Below are positions 62,783-64,000 of a stretch of 64,000 nucleotides of DNA, in pieces. A program made the translations under genes and the position numbers. Within the stretch, counting starts at the first letter, position 1. Every line of letters begins with the position of its first letter. The notes under the pieces are model-generated. The model was not told where the DNA came from. It saw only the letters and a program-made list of their open reading frames with translations, and did not search any database. The DNA is taken from positions 78,988,001 through 79,052,000 of the forward strand of contig NC_043005.1 in assembly GCF_006345805.1 (NCBI RefSeq), given 5' to 3'. Source of the DNA: Octopus sinensis. Taxonomy: Eukaryota.

Positions 62783-63247
62783 TACTAATTACTCGCCATA
62801 TAGCGGTTCACGTATCGCGTCCTAAGTACATCGCAGATTTTTCTGGCTGATATATGTAAATTCATCTCGCGGACTCCTCAGTATATCACGGGTTTCTGCG
62901 GCGGATAGGTATTTATGTTTTTTTATATTTTAATTCTTTTTCTCTGTGGTAAAATAACCATTTTCATGCCTAAAATTTAAATACGGTACAATATTGCACT
63001 GTATAACATATCAATTAAAATATATTAAAAAGAAAAATACGTAGTGCACCATCTATGAATAAACAAAGAACCGTACATACAGTATGAAAAACAAAACTCG
63101 GAAGGCGAGTGTGTGTTATTGTTTTGCATCTATAATAAAATAAATATATGCAAATTATAAAAATAATAATAATAAACATACAGTACAGTACACTTTCTAC
63201 TTGACGGAGTTTCACCTAACGGGGGTTTTTGGAACGAGGGAATACTG
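62783..63247. mobile_element. pogo/Tigger-type MITE, long form of the same family
   Basis: Shares tcgccatatagcggttcacgtatcgcg and aatacagtacagtac...tttctactt; ends cgagggaatactg|TA. Confidence 0.75.
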
Positions 63248-64000
63248 TATTTTTTCATAGGATATTTAATATTCATTGCTATAAATATGTTAATAATAAC
63301 TTAATAATTGAGATTCATTGTGTTTCCTCTCAACAGAATAATTTGGCGTTTAATCGAAGCCAGTTTGCTCAACAATGATGCCTATTTATAGACACACAGT
63401 TACGTTTTCTCCATTGTAAAAATGCGTAATTAATTCTATTAGCATTTTTGTTATATAGTTTATGTGAAGAAGGAATATAAAAATAAAGTTGGTCATATTA
63501 TAAAGAAGGCCTCAAGCAATCAGTACGTGGAAAGAGCTAAATGAACATAAAGAGGGATTTTGTTAAAAAGAGTGTTTCACTTGGAACCGTTTTCAGAAAA
63601 TTATGAAATTGTTTGAAATTTTTTTCTTTCCAACAACGAGAATTTTGACAAAAATTCTATCTGAAATCCTCTCTACACATTCCGTTCCGCGAATGTGTTG
63701 ATCGCTTGTAGCGGTTGATGCTTATAACTTTATATAATTCAATCATTCAATTGATAATGAACGAAAAATTACATCAAAAATGGTTAATATGCAACTGCAT
63801 TTTGAAGTGGTTTCTGTTCTGCTTTATCTCAAATGAATAGTTTTAATAATCACGTTCTTTCTTTAGATCTTTAGAGTGAATTAGTCATCAAGGACAGAAT
63901 GATACTGGAGAATTGCTTTCAATGTATAAATAAAGCAACAAACAACAGCATAGTTGTTTTAATCTCATTCATAGCAAGGATTGATGTTCGATTAAGTCAT

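Overview
AT-rich eukaryotic DNA, very roughly a third simple repeats by eye: (TA)n, (TACA)n, (CA)n, (TAGA)n, (TAA)n. The tRNA-derived SINE repertoire points to an octopod cephalopod (inference). I find no intact protein-coding gene, rRNA, true tRNA or CRISPR array, and almost all ORFs in the track are microsatellite translations. The window is intergenic or intronic and is packed with decayed mobile elements: R4/Dong-like RLE retrotransposons, two CR1/L2-group LINE remnants, an RTE 3' end, four SINE head types with interchangeable tails, mariner/maT/pogo elements, foldback MITEs, non-autonomous Helitrons and Penelope-like pieces with hammerhead-like motifs. The strongest signals are: (1) an R4/Dong-like lineage whose four copies all abut (TACA)n, next to a classical (TAA)n-embedded Dong and a discrete 556-bp (TAA)n-embedded element arrayed in tandem; (2) a SINE and two LINEs sharing a structurally covarying 3' hairpin tail; (3) a SINE-head/oligo(T)/LINE chimera; (4) a near-perfect 413-bp foldback; (5) a head-to-tail composite Helitron pair. 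All alignments and folds were done by eye, and family names for SINE domains are recalled, not searched.
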